Assembly (NCBI GenBank): GCA_963734995.1 | Contig: CAVTJD010000005.1 | Location: 462,014-526,013 of the forward strand | Direction: 5' to 3' | Length of the DNA: 64,000 nucleotides | DNA from: an uncultured Chloroflexia bacterium | Lineage (GTDB): Bacteria > Chloroflexota > Limnocylindria > Limnocylindrales > CSP1-4 | Part shown: piece after piece, positions 1 to 12,172 of the stretch | How the letters are laid out: the number at the start of each line of letters is the position of its first letter | Numbering within the stretch: position 1 is the first letter of the stretch | Made by a program: the position numbers and the translations under genes | Notes under the pieces: model-generated | The model's database searches: none | Told to the model about the DNA's origin: nothing | What the model saw: the letters and a program-made list of their open reading frames with translations, nothing else

Positions 1-674
1 TGCGCCAGGTCGCGGCCGCCGGGGAAGGTGATCTGATCCTCCTGGTCGCCGACCGGGGCGAGGTCGTGAACGACGTGCTCGGCCGGCTGCGGCTGGAGCT
101 CGGTGGCCGCCTCGGGCTGGCCGACCCCGACGAGCTTGCCTACTGCTGGGTCCACCGCTTCCCGATGTACCAGTGGGATGCGGAGCATCATCGCTGGGAC
201 GCCACCCACAACCCGTTCAGCGGCGTCGTCCCCGAGGACGAGACCCTGCTCACGACCGCGTCCGGTGACCTTGACGTTCGATCGCCCGAGGATCCCGCCG
301 GCCGCGCTCGCGCCATGCAGTACGACATCGCGCTCAACGGCTGGGAGCTGGGCGGTGGGTCGGTCCGGATCTGGCAGCGCGATCTGCTCGCCCGTAGCTT
401 CAACCTCCAGGGCTATTCCCTGGAGCAGATGCGCGAGCGGTTCGGGGCGATGCTGGAGGCGTTCGAGTACGGGGCGCCGCCGCACGGCGGGATCGCGCTG
501 GGCATCGACCGCTGGGCGGCGCTGCTGGGCTATCAGACCAACATCCGCGAGGTCATGGCGTTCCCCAAGACCCAGTCGGGCTCCGATCTCATGCTCGAGG
601 CGCCGTCGGCGCCGGACGAGGAGCAGTACGCGGAGCTCGGGCTGCGGTTCGTGGGCCTACCGACCAGGGACTGA
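1..674 (+). CDS. aspS: aspartate--tRNA ligase, C-terminal part (5' end outside window)
   Basis: The frame is open from the window start. It shows class II aaRS motifs (GGGSVRIWQRD, FEYGAPPHGGIALGIDRW, MAFPKTQSG). The stop is at 672-674. Confidence 0.9.
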   Translation, partial: RQVAAAGEGDLILLVADRGEVVNDVLGRLRLELGGRLGLADPDELAYCWVHRFPMYQWDAEHHRWDATHNPFSGVVPEDETLLTTASGDLDVRSPEDPAGRARAMQYDIALNGWELGGGSVRIWQRDLLARSFNLQGYSLEQMRERFGAMLEAFEYGAPPHGGIALGIDRWAALLGYQTNIREVMAFPKTQSGSDLMLEAPSAPDEEQYAELGLRFVGLPTRD

Positions 675-751
675 GCGGCCCACGCGCCGCGCGCCCGGCA
701 TCGACCGGTGACGGCGCCCACGCCGCGGCAGAGCCGGGTGTCAGCCGGCCG

Positions 752-1449
752 TCATCCGCTGGGCCGGCGGTCCGGCTCCTCGAGCGGCGCATCATCGGGC
801 TGATCGGCGGCGGCGGCGCCCCACTCGTGCGCGTGCGGGTCGGCGGGTTGGGGCGGACCGTCGAACGGCGGCAGGTCGGCCCTCGTGACGCTGATGTCGT
901 GGACCACGCCCGGATCCCCGCTGTCCACGACGCGGATCGGAACCCCTGCCGAGGTCAGGCCGGCGAACAGCCCGTCGGACGCGTCGTCCGGCTGGGACGT
1001 GCGGTCGGCGAACGCGCGGAGGGCGTCGAGGTGACGGATCGGGATGAGGACGGGCCAGCCGGGCTGTACGCCCCAGGCGGCGCGGATCACGGCGGTCCGA
1101 TCCTCGCCGTGGGCGGCGATCAGCGTGGTCACGGTCTCGGCGTCAACCCAGGCCAGACGTGCCGGCCAGATGAGCGCGGCCTCGGTCTCGGTCACCAGGC
1201 GTGCGGCGGCCTCCATGCCATCGACGATCCGGGCGACCGGCTCGAGCTCCGGATCGGCCGGGTCGATCAGCGTCACCTCGGCGTTGGCCAGTGCCCGGGC
1301 CACGGCGCCCTCGGGATCGGGCGCCCGTACCAGGACCGGCGTCGCGCCCCCCGCCCAGGCGGCGTCCACGAGGCGTCGGACGGCGGGCGTGCCGTCCGCA
1401 TCGGCGAGGGCGGAGTCGGGTGCCGCGGCGAGGATGACGGCGGCGACGG

Positions 1450-1453
<4 letters not shown>
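752..1453 (-). CDS. MobA/MocA-like NTP-transferase family protein (degenerate glycine-rich loop)
   Basis: The N-terminus MTVAAVILAAA... fits the MobA-like nucleotidyltransferase fold. It is only the in-frame C-terminal part of the listed 752..2896 shadow ORF. The ATG at 1453-1451 overlaps the kinase stop (ATGA). Confidence 0.6.
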
Positions 1454-4632
<3,179 letters not shown>

Positions 4633-4874
4633 GGCTGGCAGGCGGAACCCCGGGCGATGATGCGATGGCGCTCCGCTTCCGCAGTGTGGATCGATCCGGC
4701 GCGGCGGGCGATGGGTCAGTCAGGTGGCACGAACGGGGGGTTCCATCCGTGCCATTCGTGCCCCCGCGTGGATCCATGCCGCGAGCTCGCGCCCATCGAT
4801 TGGCGTGCGATTCGGTGTCCGAGGCCTGCCCGGAATCGCCTGGATCGCCGGCATGTGCGACACTGCGCCGGCCC

Positions 4875-6824
4875 ATGACCGACGCTCCCGGCTCCGCCAT
4901 GCCCGCCTCGACCGCTCCGAACCCGTCGTCTCCCGCGGCGACCTCGGTCGTGCGCCACGACCTGCGCAACGTCGCCATCGTCGCTCACGTCGACCACGGC
5001 AAGACCACCCTGGTCGACGCGATGCTCCGCCAGACGGGCGTGTTCCGCGCCAACCAGGAGCTCGTCGATCGGGTCATGGACTCGATGGATCTCGAGCGCG
5101 AGAAGGGGATCACGATCCTGGCCAAGCAGACCACGATCGATGTCGGCGAAGTCCGGCTCAACATCGTGGACACGCCGGGCCACGCGGACTTCGGCGGCGA
5201 GGTCGAGCGCAGCCTGCTGATGGTCGACAGCGTTCTGCTCCTGGTCGATGCGGCCGAGGGTCCGCTGCCGCAGACGCGCTACGTCCTCCAGAAGGCGATG
5301 GCCCGCCGTCTGCCGGTGGTGGTTGCGCTCAACAAGATCGATCGCTCCGATGCCCGGCCGGCCGACGTGCTCGACGACGTGTACGAGCTGTTCATCGACC
5401 TGGGAGCGGACGAGCACCAGATCGAGTTCCCGGTGGTCTACACGAACGCCAAGGCGGGCACGGCGACCCTCGATCCGTCGTCCCCGGGCACGGACCTCCA
5501 GCCGTTGCTGGACATCCTGGTGCGCGTGACGCCGGCGCCCGTGTACGAGCCCGATCATCCACTCCAGCTGCTGGTCACCAACCTGTCGGCGAACGACTAC
5601 GTCGGCCGGATGGCCGTGGGCCGGATCCGCAACGGCACCATTCGCCCCGGCCAGCGCATCGCCGTCGTGCGCGAGGAAGCCGACGACACGGCGGGCGCCG
5701 TGGAGCCGGGGCGGACGGTGACCCTCACCGGGACGGTGACCAGCCTCCAGACGGCGCGCGGGATGGACCGCATCGAGATCGACGAGGCGGGCCCGGGCGA
5801 GATCGTGTCGGTCGCCGGTCTGCCCGAGGTGACGATCGGGGACACGGTCACCGATCCTGCCGACCCGCGACCGCTGCCACGGCTCGACGTGGACGCGCCC
5901 ACGCTCCGGATGACGTTCGGGGTCAACACCTCGCCGCTCGGCGGCCGGGACGGACGGTTCGTCACCTCGCGCCAGATCCGGGCGCGCCTGGACCGTGAGG
6001 TGCTGGGGAACGTCTCGATCGAGGTGCACCCGACCGAGTCCGGTGACCAGTTCGAGGTCCGCGGCCGGGGCGAGCTCCAGCTGGCGGTGCTGATCGAGCA
6101 GATGCGCCGCGAAGGCTACGAGCTCACGGTCAGCCGACCCGAGGTCATCCTGCGCACGATCGATGGCGAGGTCCAGGAGCCGTACGAGCGAGTCACGATC
6201 GACATCCCGCCCGACTTCATCGGCGAGGTGCAGCAGGCGTTGGCCGGGCGCCGGGGCCGGCTGGAGCAGATGACGACCGACGCCGACGGGCGGGTGCGGA
6301 TGGACTTCGTGCTGCCGGTGCGCGGGTTGATCGGCTACCGCGGGCAGCTGCTCACCGACACGCGCGGCACCGCGTTGCTTCACCAGATCGGCGAGGGCTA
6401 CGGGCCGTGGGCCGGTGAGGTGACCCACCGGACCAGCGGCGTGCTGGTGAGCGACCGCTCGGGCGTGTCCAATGCGTACGCGCTGTTCAACCTCCAGGAC
6501 CGCTCCGAGCTGTTCGTGGGCGCCGGGGTCGAGGTCTACGAGGGGATGATCGTGGGCGAGAACGCGCGGTCGGGCGACATGGACGTCAACCCGACGAAGG
6601 AGAAGAAGCTCACCAACATCCGGACCCACGCCCATGACGAGGCGCTGCGCCTGACGCCGCCGCGGCCGCTCACGCTCGAGAGCGCGATCGAGTTCATCGG
6701 CGCCGACGAGCTGGTCGAGGTCACCCCGTCGGCGATCCGGCTGCGCAAGCGGCTGCTGCGCAAACACGAGCGAGAGCGCGAGCGGGGCCGGGCCTACGAG
6801 CGAGCGAAGGGCGCGACCGACTGA
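4875..6824 (+). CDS. typA: translational GTPase TypA/BipA
   Basis: It has a G-domain ([27 protein letters not shown]) and EF-G-like domains. The start is taken at an in-frame ATG downstream of the listed ORF start (4665). Confidence 0.9.
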   Translation: MTDAPGSAMPASTAPNPSSPAATSVVRHDLRNVAIVAHVDHGKTTLVDAMLRQTGVFRANQELVDRVMDSMDLEREKGITILAKQTTIDVGEVRLNIVDTPGHADFGGEVERSLLMVDSVLLLVDAAEGPLPQTRYVLQKAMARRLPVVVALNKIDRSDARPADVLDDVYELFIDLGADEHQIEFPVVYTNAKAGTATLDPSSPGTDLQPLLDILVRVTPAPVYEPDHPLQLLVTNLSANDYVGRMAVGRIRNGTIRPGQRIAVVREEADDTAGAVEPGRTVTLTGTVTSLQTARGMDRIEIDEAGPGEIVSVAGLPEVTIGDTVTDPADPRPLPRLDVDAPTLRMTFGVNTSPLGGRDGRFVTSRQIRARLDREVLGNVSIEVHPTESGDQFEVRGRGELQLAVLIEQMRREGYELTVSRPEVILRTIDGEVQEPYERVTIDIPPDFIGEVQQALAGRRGRLEQMTTDADGRVRMDFVLPVRGLIGYRGQLLTDTRGTALLHQIGEGYGPWAGEVTHRTSGVLVSDRSGVSNAYALFNLQDRSELFVGAGVEVYEGMIVGENARSGDMDVNPTKEKKLTNIRTHAHDEALRLTPPRPLTLESAIEFIGADELVEVTPSAIRLRKRLLRKHERERERGRAYERAKGATD

Positions 6825-6901
6825 AGGCACGCCGAGCCCGACTGAAGCGGATCCGCGCCCGACTGAAGGCACGCCGAGCCCGGCTGAAGGCGATCCGCGC
6901 C
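6818..6901. repeat. 4 x 21-bp (2 x 42-bp) tandem repeat beginning inside the typA stop codon
   Basis: The units are cgactgaaggcacgccgagcc / cgactgaagcggatccgcgcc, repeated twice. It contains the perfect palindrome GCGGATCCGC. Confidence 0.85.
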
Positions 6902-6963
6902 CCGCTGGCGGGGGGCCGGCGGGCAGGGCGAACCCGCCGGCCGGGGGATCGCGAGCAGCGGAC

Positions 6964-6969
6964 TACAAT
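6964..6969 (+). promoter_or_regulatory. TACAAT -10-like hexamer 9 nt upstream of the cysteine desulfurase ATG (leaderless-type promoter candidate)
   Basis: The sequence is ggacTACAATcgcccgacgATG. No SD-like sequence lies between it and the ATG. Confidence 0.4.
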
Positions 6970-6978
6970 CGCCCGACG

Positions 6979-8154
6979 ATGCCGATCTACCTCGACCACG
7001 CCGCGACGACCCCGCTGCGACCGGAGGTTCGCGACGCGATGCTGCCGTACCTGGGGGTGGTGTTCGGCAACCCATCCTCGCAGCACGCGTTCGGGCGCGA
7101 GGCGCGTGAGGCGCTCGATGATGCCCACGCCAGGCTGGCGGCGGCGATCGGTGGCGAGGCGCGCGAGATCGTGTTCACCAGCGGTGGCACCGAGGCCATC
7201 AACCTCGCGCTCAAGGGCGCCGCGTGGGCTGGTCGGGCCAGGGGTCATCGGATCGTCACGTCGCCGGTCGAGCACCATGCGGTGAGCCACGCGCTGGCCC
7301 ACCTCGAGAAGTTCGGGTTCGAGGTCGTCAGCGTCCCGGTCGACCGCTACGGACGCGTCGATCCGGCCGATGTCGAGCACGCGATCACCGACCGGACGAT
7401 CGCGGTCTCGGTGATGCTCGCCAACAACGAGGTGGGCACCGTCCAGCCCGTGGCCGAGCTGGCCGAGGCGGTCCACGCGCGACGGGGCGTGCTGTTCCAC
7501 GTGGACGCCGTGCAGGGGGCGCCGTGGCTGCCGCTCGACGTGAGCACCCTGGGCGCGGACCTCGTCTCGCTGGCAGCCCACAAGGCAGAGGGGCCGAAGG
7601 GCACCGGCGCGCTGTGGATCCGGCGCAGCACGCACATCCTGGCGCAGCAGCACGGTGGCTCGCAGGAACGCCACCGGCGCGCCGGAACGGAGAACCTGGC
7701 CGGTGCGGTGGGCATGGCCGTCGCATTCGAGCTCCGGGCGGCGGAACGTGAAGCGACGGTCGAGGCGGTGCGCCGTCGTCGCGACCGGCTCATGGCCGCG
7801 CTGGTCGAGATCGACGGCGTGGAGCCGACCGGGCACCCCGTCGATCGCCTGCCCCACATCGCGTCCGTCATCGTCCACGGCAGCGACGGCGGTGCGATCA
7901 CGGTGGCGCTCGATCTCGAGGGGATCGCCGCGTCGACCGGCTCGGCGTGCACCAGCGGCTCGAACGACGTCAGCCACGTGCTGGCCGCGATGGGCTACCC
8001 GGACGACGAGGCCCGGGGCGCGCTCCGGCTCAGCCTGGGACGAACCACGACGGATGCCGAGATCGACGACGCCGCGCGCTTGGTGCCGGCGGTGATCCGC
8101 CGGCTGCAGCAGGCCGAGGCAGCGGAGCGGGCCGGGTCGGTGCCGGTCGGCTGA
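6979..8154 (+). CDS. cysteine desulfurase (NifS/IscS family, PLP-dependent)
   Basis: It starts IYLDHAATTP, has the PLP-lysine region SLAAHKAEGPKG and the active-site Cys region STGSACTSG. It is followed by mnmA, which is its sulfur acceptor. Confidence 0.9.
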   Translation: MPIYLDHAATTPLRPEVRDAMLPYLGVVFGNPSSQHAFGREAREALDDAHARLAAAIGGEAREIVFTSGGTEAINLALKGAAWAGRARGHRIVTSPVEHHAVSHALAHLEKFGFEVVSVPVDRYGRVDPADVEHAITDRTIAVSVMLANNEVGTVQPVAELAEAVHARRGVLFHVDAVQGAPWLPLDVSTLGADLVSLAAHKAEGPKGTGALWIRRSTHILAQQHGGSQERHRRAGTENLAGAVGMAVAFELRAAEREATVEAVRRRRDRLMAALVEIDGVEPTGHPVDRLPHIASVIVHGSDGGAITVALDLEGIAASTGSACTSGSNDVSHVLAAMGYPDDEARGALRLSLGRTTTDAEIDDAARLVPAVIRRLQQAEAAERAGSVPVG

Positions 8155-8335
8155 TCCTCGGTGGGGACGCACTCGTCGGCGGGGGCAGCACACGTCCACG
8201 CTCGGCGAGCACGCCGGCGGCGGGGGCACTCGTTGTCGCGAGACGCACGTCGGCGCGAAACCCCGGTGTTCCGGTAGGCTCAGGCCGACCCGGTGACGGA
8301 CGCGAGCCCGCGTCACACCCAGCGAGGAGGGAGCG

Positions 8336-10294
8336 GTGTCCGACGCGACCAGGCCCATCGATCCATCGCTCATGGACCTGGGCATCCCGCCATCGGAGGA
8401 CTTCTACCGGCACGCGAACGGCGGCTGGCTCGACGACAATCCGGTGCCACCCGCCTACGGCTCGTGGGGTGCGTTCCACGAGGTGAACGAGCGCAACACG
8501 ACGCTGCTCCACCGGCTGCTCGAGGACGCAGCCGCGTCGCCCGGGGCGCCCGGCAGCCCGGAGCGGATGGTGGGCGACTACTTCGCTGCCGGCATGGACG
8601 AGGCGGCGATCGCCGCGGCCGGCATCGAGCCGCTGCGCCCGTATCTCGACCGGCTCGACGCGCTGACGAGCGTCGAGGACGCACGGTCGCTGCTGGTCGA
8701 TCTCCGCAACGACGGCTTCGACCTGCTGTTCGCGCTCCACGCGGAGGCGGACTTCGAGGATTCCGAGGCGTACCTCGCCTATGTCGGGCAGGGCGGCCTG
8801 GGACTCCCCGAGCGCGACTACTACCTGCGAGACGACGATCGATCGACCGCGCTCCGAACGGCGTACCTGGCACACGTGGCGGCCCAGCTGGCAAACCTGG
8901 GCGCGAACCCCGATGAGGCGGCCATGGCGGCCGACGCGATCCTGGCCTTCGAGCGCCGCCTGGCCGACGCGTCATATCCGATCGAGAAGCTGCGCGACCC
9001 GAGGATCGTGCTCAACCGCCACGCGGTCGATACGCTCGACGAGCTGATGCCGCAATTCGGCCTGATGGCTCACGTGCGTGGCGCGGGCGTGACGTCGGAC
9101 AGCGTCAGCGTCGACAACGCGGGCTTCTTCTCCGCGCTCGATGAGCTGCTCGACGCGACCCCGATCGACACCCTGCGCCAGTACATCCGCTGGCATCTGG
9201 TCCGTCAGTGTGCGTCGTCGCTGCCCGAGGCATTCGAGACCGAGGCGTTCAACTTCTACGGCAAGCTGCTCGGCGGTCAGAAGGAGCAGCTGCCGCGCTG
9301 GCGCCGCGTGCTCGATGCCGCCACGAACGACATCGGGGAGCAGGTTGCCCGGCTGTATGTGGCTGAGGCGTTTTCGCCCCAGGCCAAGGCTCGCTGCGAG
9401 ACCCTCGTCGGCCACCTCCGCTCGGCCATGGGCCGGGCGATCCGGAACGCGACCTGGATGACCGACCCGACGCGCGAGGAGGCGCTGGCCAAGCTCGCCG
9501 GGTTCAGCCACAAGATCGGCTACCCGGAGCGATGGCGTGACTACACGGGCCTGGACATCGGCCGGACGTCGTTCGTCGCCAACCGCATCGCCGCCTCGGC
9601 GTTCGAGCACCGGCGGCTCATGGACCGGCTGGGCCAGCCGGTCGACAAGGGCGAGTGGGCGATGCCCGCTCACATGGTCAACGCCTACTACCACCCGCTG
9701 CGCAACGAGATCGTGTTCCCGGCCGGGATCCTGCAGGCGCCGTTCTTCTACCCCGACGCCGATGATGCCGTGAACTACGGCGGGATCGGGACCGTGATCG
9801 GCCATGAGGTCACCCACGGCTTCGATGACCGGGGGAGCCGGTTCGACGCGGTGGGCCATCTCCGGGACTGGTGGAGCGACGAGGATCGGGCGGAGTTCGA
9901 GCGCCGTGCGGCGCTGATCGTCGACCAGTTCAACGGCTTCACGGTCGCGGACGACGTCCACGTCAACGGCCAGCTGACGCTGGGCGAGAACATCGCCGAT
10001 CTGGGCGGGATCGAGATCGCGCTCGATGCGTTGCACGAGGCGATCGCTGACGCCGGGCCGCCGATCGACGGGCTGACGCCGGACCAGCGGTTCTTCCTTG
10101 CGTACGGTGCGATCTGGCGCATGAACTACACCGACGAGTACGCCCGGCTGCTGGTCAACGTCGATCCCCATGCGCCGTCGCGCTACCGGGTCAACGGGCC
10201 GCTGGCGAACGTGCGCGCATTTGCCGCCGCGTTCGCTGTCCCGGAGACATCGCCCATGGTGCGTCCGGCGGAGCTCCGGGCGAAGATCTGGTAG
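8336..10294 (+). CDS. M13 family metallopeptidase (neprilysin/PepO-like endopeptidase)
   Basis: It has the zinc motif [14 protein letters not shown], a NAYY motif and GENIADLGG. It has a GTG start with a GAGGAGGGAG RBS. Confidence 0.9.
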   Translation: MSDATRPIDPSLMDLGIPPSEDFYRHANGGWLDDNPVPPAYGSWGAFHEVNERNTTLLHRLLEDAAASPGAPGSPERMVGDYFAAGMDEAAIAAAGIEPLRPYLDRLDALTSVEDARSLLVDLRNDGFDLLFALHAEADFEDSEAYLAYVGQGGLGLPERDYYLRDDDRSTALRTAYLAHVAAQLANLGANPDEAAMAADAILAFERRLADASYPIEKLRDPRIVLNRHAVDTLDELMPQFGLMAHVRGAGVTSDSVSVDNAGFFSALDELLDATPIDTLRQYIRWHLVRQCASSLPEAFETEAFNFYGKLLGGQKEQLPRWRRVLDAATNDIGEQVARLYVAEAFSPQAKARCETLVGHLRSAMGRAIRNATWMTDPTREEALAKLAGFSHKIGYPERWRDYTGLDIGRTSFVANRIAASAFEHRRLMDRLGQPVDKGEWAMPAHMVNAYYHPLRNEIVFPAGILQAPFFYPDADDAVNYGGIGTVIGHEVTHGFDDRGSRFDAVGHLRDWWSDEDRAEFERRAALIVDQFNGFTVADDVHVNGQLTLGENIADLGGIEIALDALHEAIADAGPPIDGLTPDQRFFLAYGAIWRMNYTDEYARLLVNVDPHAPSRYRVNGPLANVRAFAAAFAVPETSPMVRPAELRAKIW

Positions 10295-10360
10295 CGGACG
10301 AACGGCCCGCGCCGGGGCCGGCGCACGCGGACGAACGGCCCGCGCCGGGGCCGGCGCACC
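10295..10360. repeat. perfect 2 x 33-bp tandem duplication directly after the peptidase stop; each copy has a GGCCC-n6-GGGCC hairpin
   Basis: The unit cggacgaacggcccgcgccggggccggcgcacg occurs twice. It is a possible terminator or REP-like element. Confidence 0.8.
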
Positions 10361-10367
10361 CGGGCCG

Positions 10368-10373
10368 TACAAT
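10368..10373 (+). promoter_or_regulatory. TACAAT -10-like hexamer 7 nt upstream of the mnmA ATG (leaderless promoter candidate)
   Basis: The sequence is ccgTACAATccggcccATG. Confidence 0.4.
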
Positions 10374-10380
10374 CCGGCCC

Positions 10381-11565
10381 ATGAGCCGGATCCTGGTCGC
10401 CATGTCGGGCGGCGTCGACAGCTCCGTCGCGGCGGCCCTGCTCCACCAGCAGGGGCACGAGGTCGTGGGCGTGTGGATGCGCCTGCACGATGTCGCCGAC
10501 AGCTACTCCGAGTTCCGCAAGAGCTGTTGCTCGGCCGATGCCGCCGACGATGCGCGGCGGGTGGCCGCGCGCCTGGGCATCCCGTTCTACGTCATGAACC
10601 TCGAGCGGGAGTTCGCCGCGGGCGTGATCGAGCCGTTCGTCGCCGCCTATCTCGGCGGGCGGACGCCCAGCCCGTGCGTTGACTGCAACAGCTACGTCAA
10701 GTTCGGTGCCCTGCTCGGCCGTGCCCGCCAGCTGTACCAGTGCGACGCGGTCGCGACCGGGCACTACGCTCGGCGCGTGGTGATCGACACCGCCGACGGG
10801 CCCCGGGCCAGGCTGGCCCGTGCCGAGGACGCCGACAAGGACCAGACCTACTTCCTGTACGGGCTGCGCCAGGATCAACTCTGGCACAGCCGGTTCCCGC
10901 TGGGCGACCTGACCAAGGGCGAGGTCCGCGACATCGCGCGCGGCCTGGGGCTGGTGACCGCGGACAAGCCCGAGAGCCAGGAGATCTGCTTCGTCCCGGG
11001 GGGCGACTACCGGGACGAGCTTCGCGAGCGCGGTGGCTGGACGCCGAGCCGCGGGCCGATCTACGACGCCGATGGGAGCAGGGTGGGGGAGCATGGGGGC
11101 GCCGCGGGGTTCACGGTGGGCCAGCGCAAGGGCCTGGGCGTGGCGCTCGGTGAGCCGCGGTTCGTCTCCCGCGTCGACCCGGCGACCAACGCCATCGTGC
11201 TCGGGCGGCGCGAGGACCTCGAGACCCGGGATATCGTGGTCGAGGATGGCGCATTCGTGGCCGGTGAGCCCCCGGCCGGCCGCGATGAGCGAGGTGCCTG
11301 GCGACCGTTCCGGGCGCAGGTCCGGATCCGCCATCGGGCGCCGCTGGTGGAGGCGACGGTTCAGCCGGCGAGCGACAGCGAGCCGGCCAGAGGCGGACGG
11401 TGGCTGATCGAGACAGACCGCCCGGTGTGGGCGGTTGCCCCCGGTCAGGCGTGCGTGCTGTACGCCGACGCGGTGTGCCTGGGTGGCGGGCGGATCGCGC
11501 GACCGCCGGCCGACGTCGTCACCGAGACACGCGAGATGCCGGGCGTCGTGGGCGCGCCCGCGTGA
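10381..11565 (+). CDS. mnmA: tRNA 2-thiouridine(34) synthase MnmA
   Basis: It has the PP-loop [10 protein letters not shown] and conserved Cys residues. It sits next to the cysteine desulfurase. Confidence 0.9.
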   Translation: MSRILVAMSGGVDSSVAAALLHQQGHEVVGVWMRLHDVADSYSEFRKSCCSADAADDARRVAARLGIPFYVMNLEREFAAGVIEPFVAAYLGGRTPSPCVDCNSYVKFGALLGRARQLYQCDAVATGHYARRVVIDTADGPRARLARAEDADKDQTYFLYGLRQDQLWHSRFPLGDLTKGEVRDIARGLGLVTADKPESQEICFVPGGDYRDELRERGGWTPSRGPIYDADGSRVGEHGGAAGFTVGQRKGLGVALGEPRFVSRVDPATNAIVLGRREDLETRDIVVEDGAFVAGEPPAGRDERGAWRPFRAQVRIRHRAPLVEATVQPASDSEPARGGRWLIETDRPVWAVAPGQACVLYADAVCLGGGRIARPPADVVTETREMPGVVGAPA

Positions 11566-11567
11566 CC

Positions 11568-11843
11568 ATGGGTCCCGCCCTCCCGCTCGCCCTCCTCGTC
11601 GGCCTCGTCCACACCGCCCTGTACGTGCTGATCCGCGGCAACGCCGGCGGGCGCCTGCCGTTGACCTACCTGGCCGCGGTCCTGGGCGCGTGGGCCGGCG
11701 CGTCGATCGGGAGCCGGCTCGGGATCGATCTGCTCGCGATCGGCGATTTCCCGCTGATCCCGGCGTCGCTGCTCGCCTGGCTGGGGATCGGGATCGTCGC
11801 CGTGCTGGCCACGCTCGGGCCGCAATCCTCGAAGGCCCGCTGA
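11568..11843 (+). CDS. small hydrophobic membrane protein (hypothetical)
   Basis: It has two predicted TM segments. The start is 2 nt after the mnmA stop. There is no recognisable family. Confidence 0.35.
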   Translation: MGPALPLALLVGLVHTALYVLIRGNAGGRLPLTYLAAVLGAWAGASIGSRLGIDLLAIGDFPLIPASLLAWLGIGIVAVLATLGPQSSKAR

Positions 11844-11846
11844 TCG

Positions 11847-12068
11847 ATGCGCGGACACCCGCCGGAGACCCCCGATCCGGGCGCTGACGAGGCGCTGTCG
11901 ATGTCTGCCGTGGTCGCCGATCTGGCCGAACTCGTGAGCGGCGATACCCGGCGCTCGCGACGGTTCCTCGGCGGCGTCGTGGCCGGTGCCCTCATCGGCG
12001 CGGCGGTGGCCGGCAGCGCGCTGCTCCGCCGGTCACCCGCGAGGCGCCGGGAGGATTCGACCCGGTAG
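11847..12068 (+). CDS. small hypothetical protein with one hydrophobic segment
   Basis: The ATG is 4 nt after the previous stop. The protein is low-complexity, so it is weakly supported. Confidence 0.25.
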   Translation: MRGHPPETPDPGADEALSMSAVVADLAELVSGDTRRSRRFLGGVVAGALIGAAVAGSALLRRSPARRREDSTR

Positions 12069-12172
12069 TCACCGCCGCGCGGTTGCCGGCGTCACCGGTC
12101 GGCGCGGGATTCACCACCCCCATCGCCGGGCCGACGGTCGTTGCCCACCACCCGTTCGCTACCATTGCCGCG

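Noticed and set aside
4716-6872. 718-aa ORF antisense to typA, plus similar very long opposite-strand ORFs at 12092..15001, 25782..28580, 38454..41084, 42669..44540, 45053..47008 and 48212..50881
   Set aside because: Their translations are Arg/Ala/Gly/Pro-rich low complexity with no recognisable motifs. They fully overlap strongly supported genes. They are the shadow ORFs expected in ~70% GC DNA, where stop codons are rare on the antisense strand.
6818-6901. Tandem repeat arrays (also 10295..10360, 47170..47302, 50731..50814) considered as CRISPR arrays
   Set aside because: Units are contiguous with no unique spacers. Unit sizes are 14-45 bp with 2-4 copies. There are no cas genes in the window. 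Two arrays are inside ORFs.
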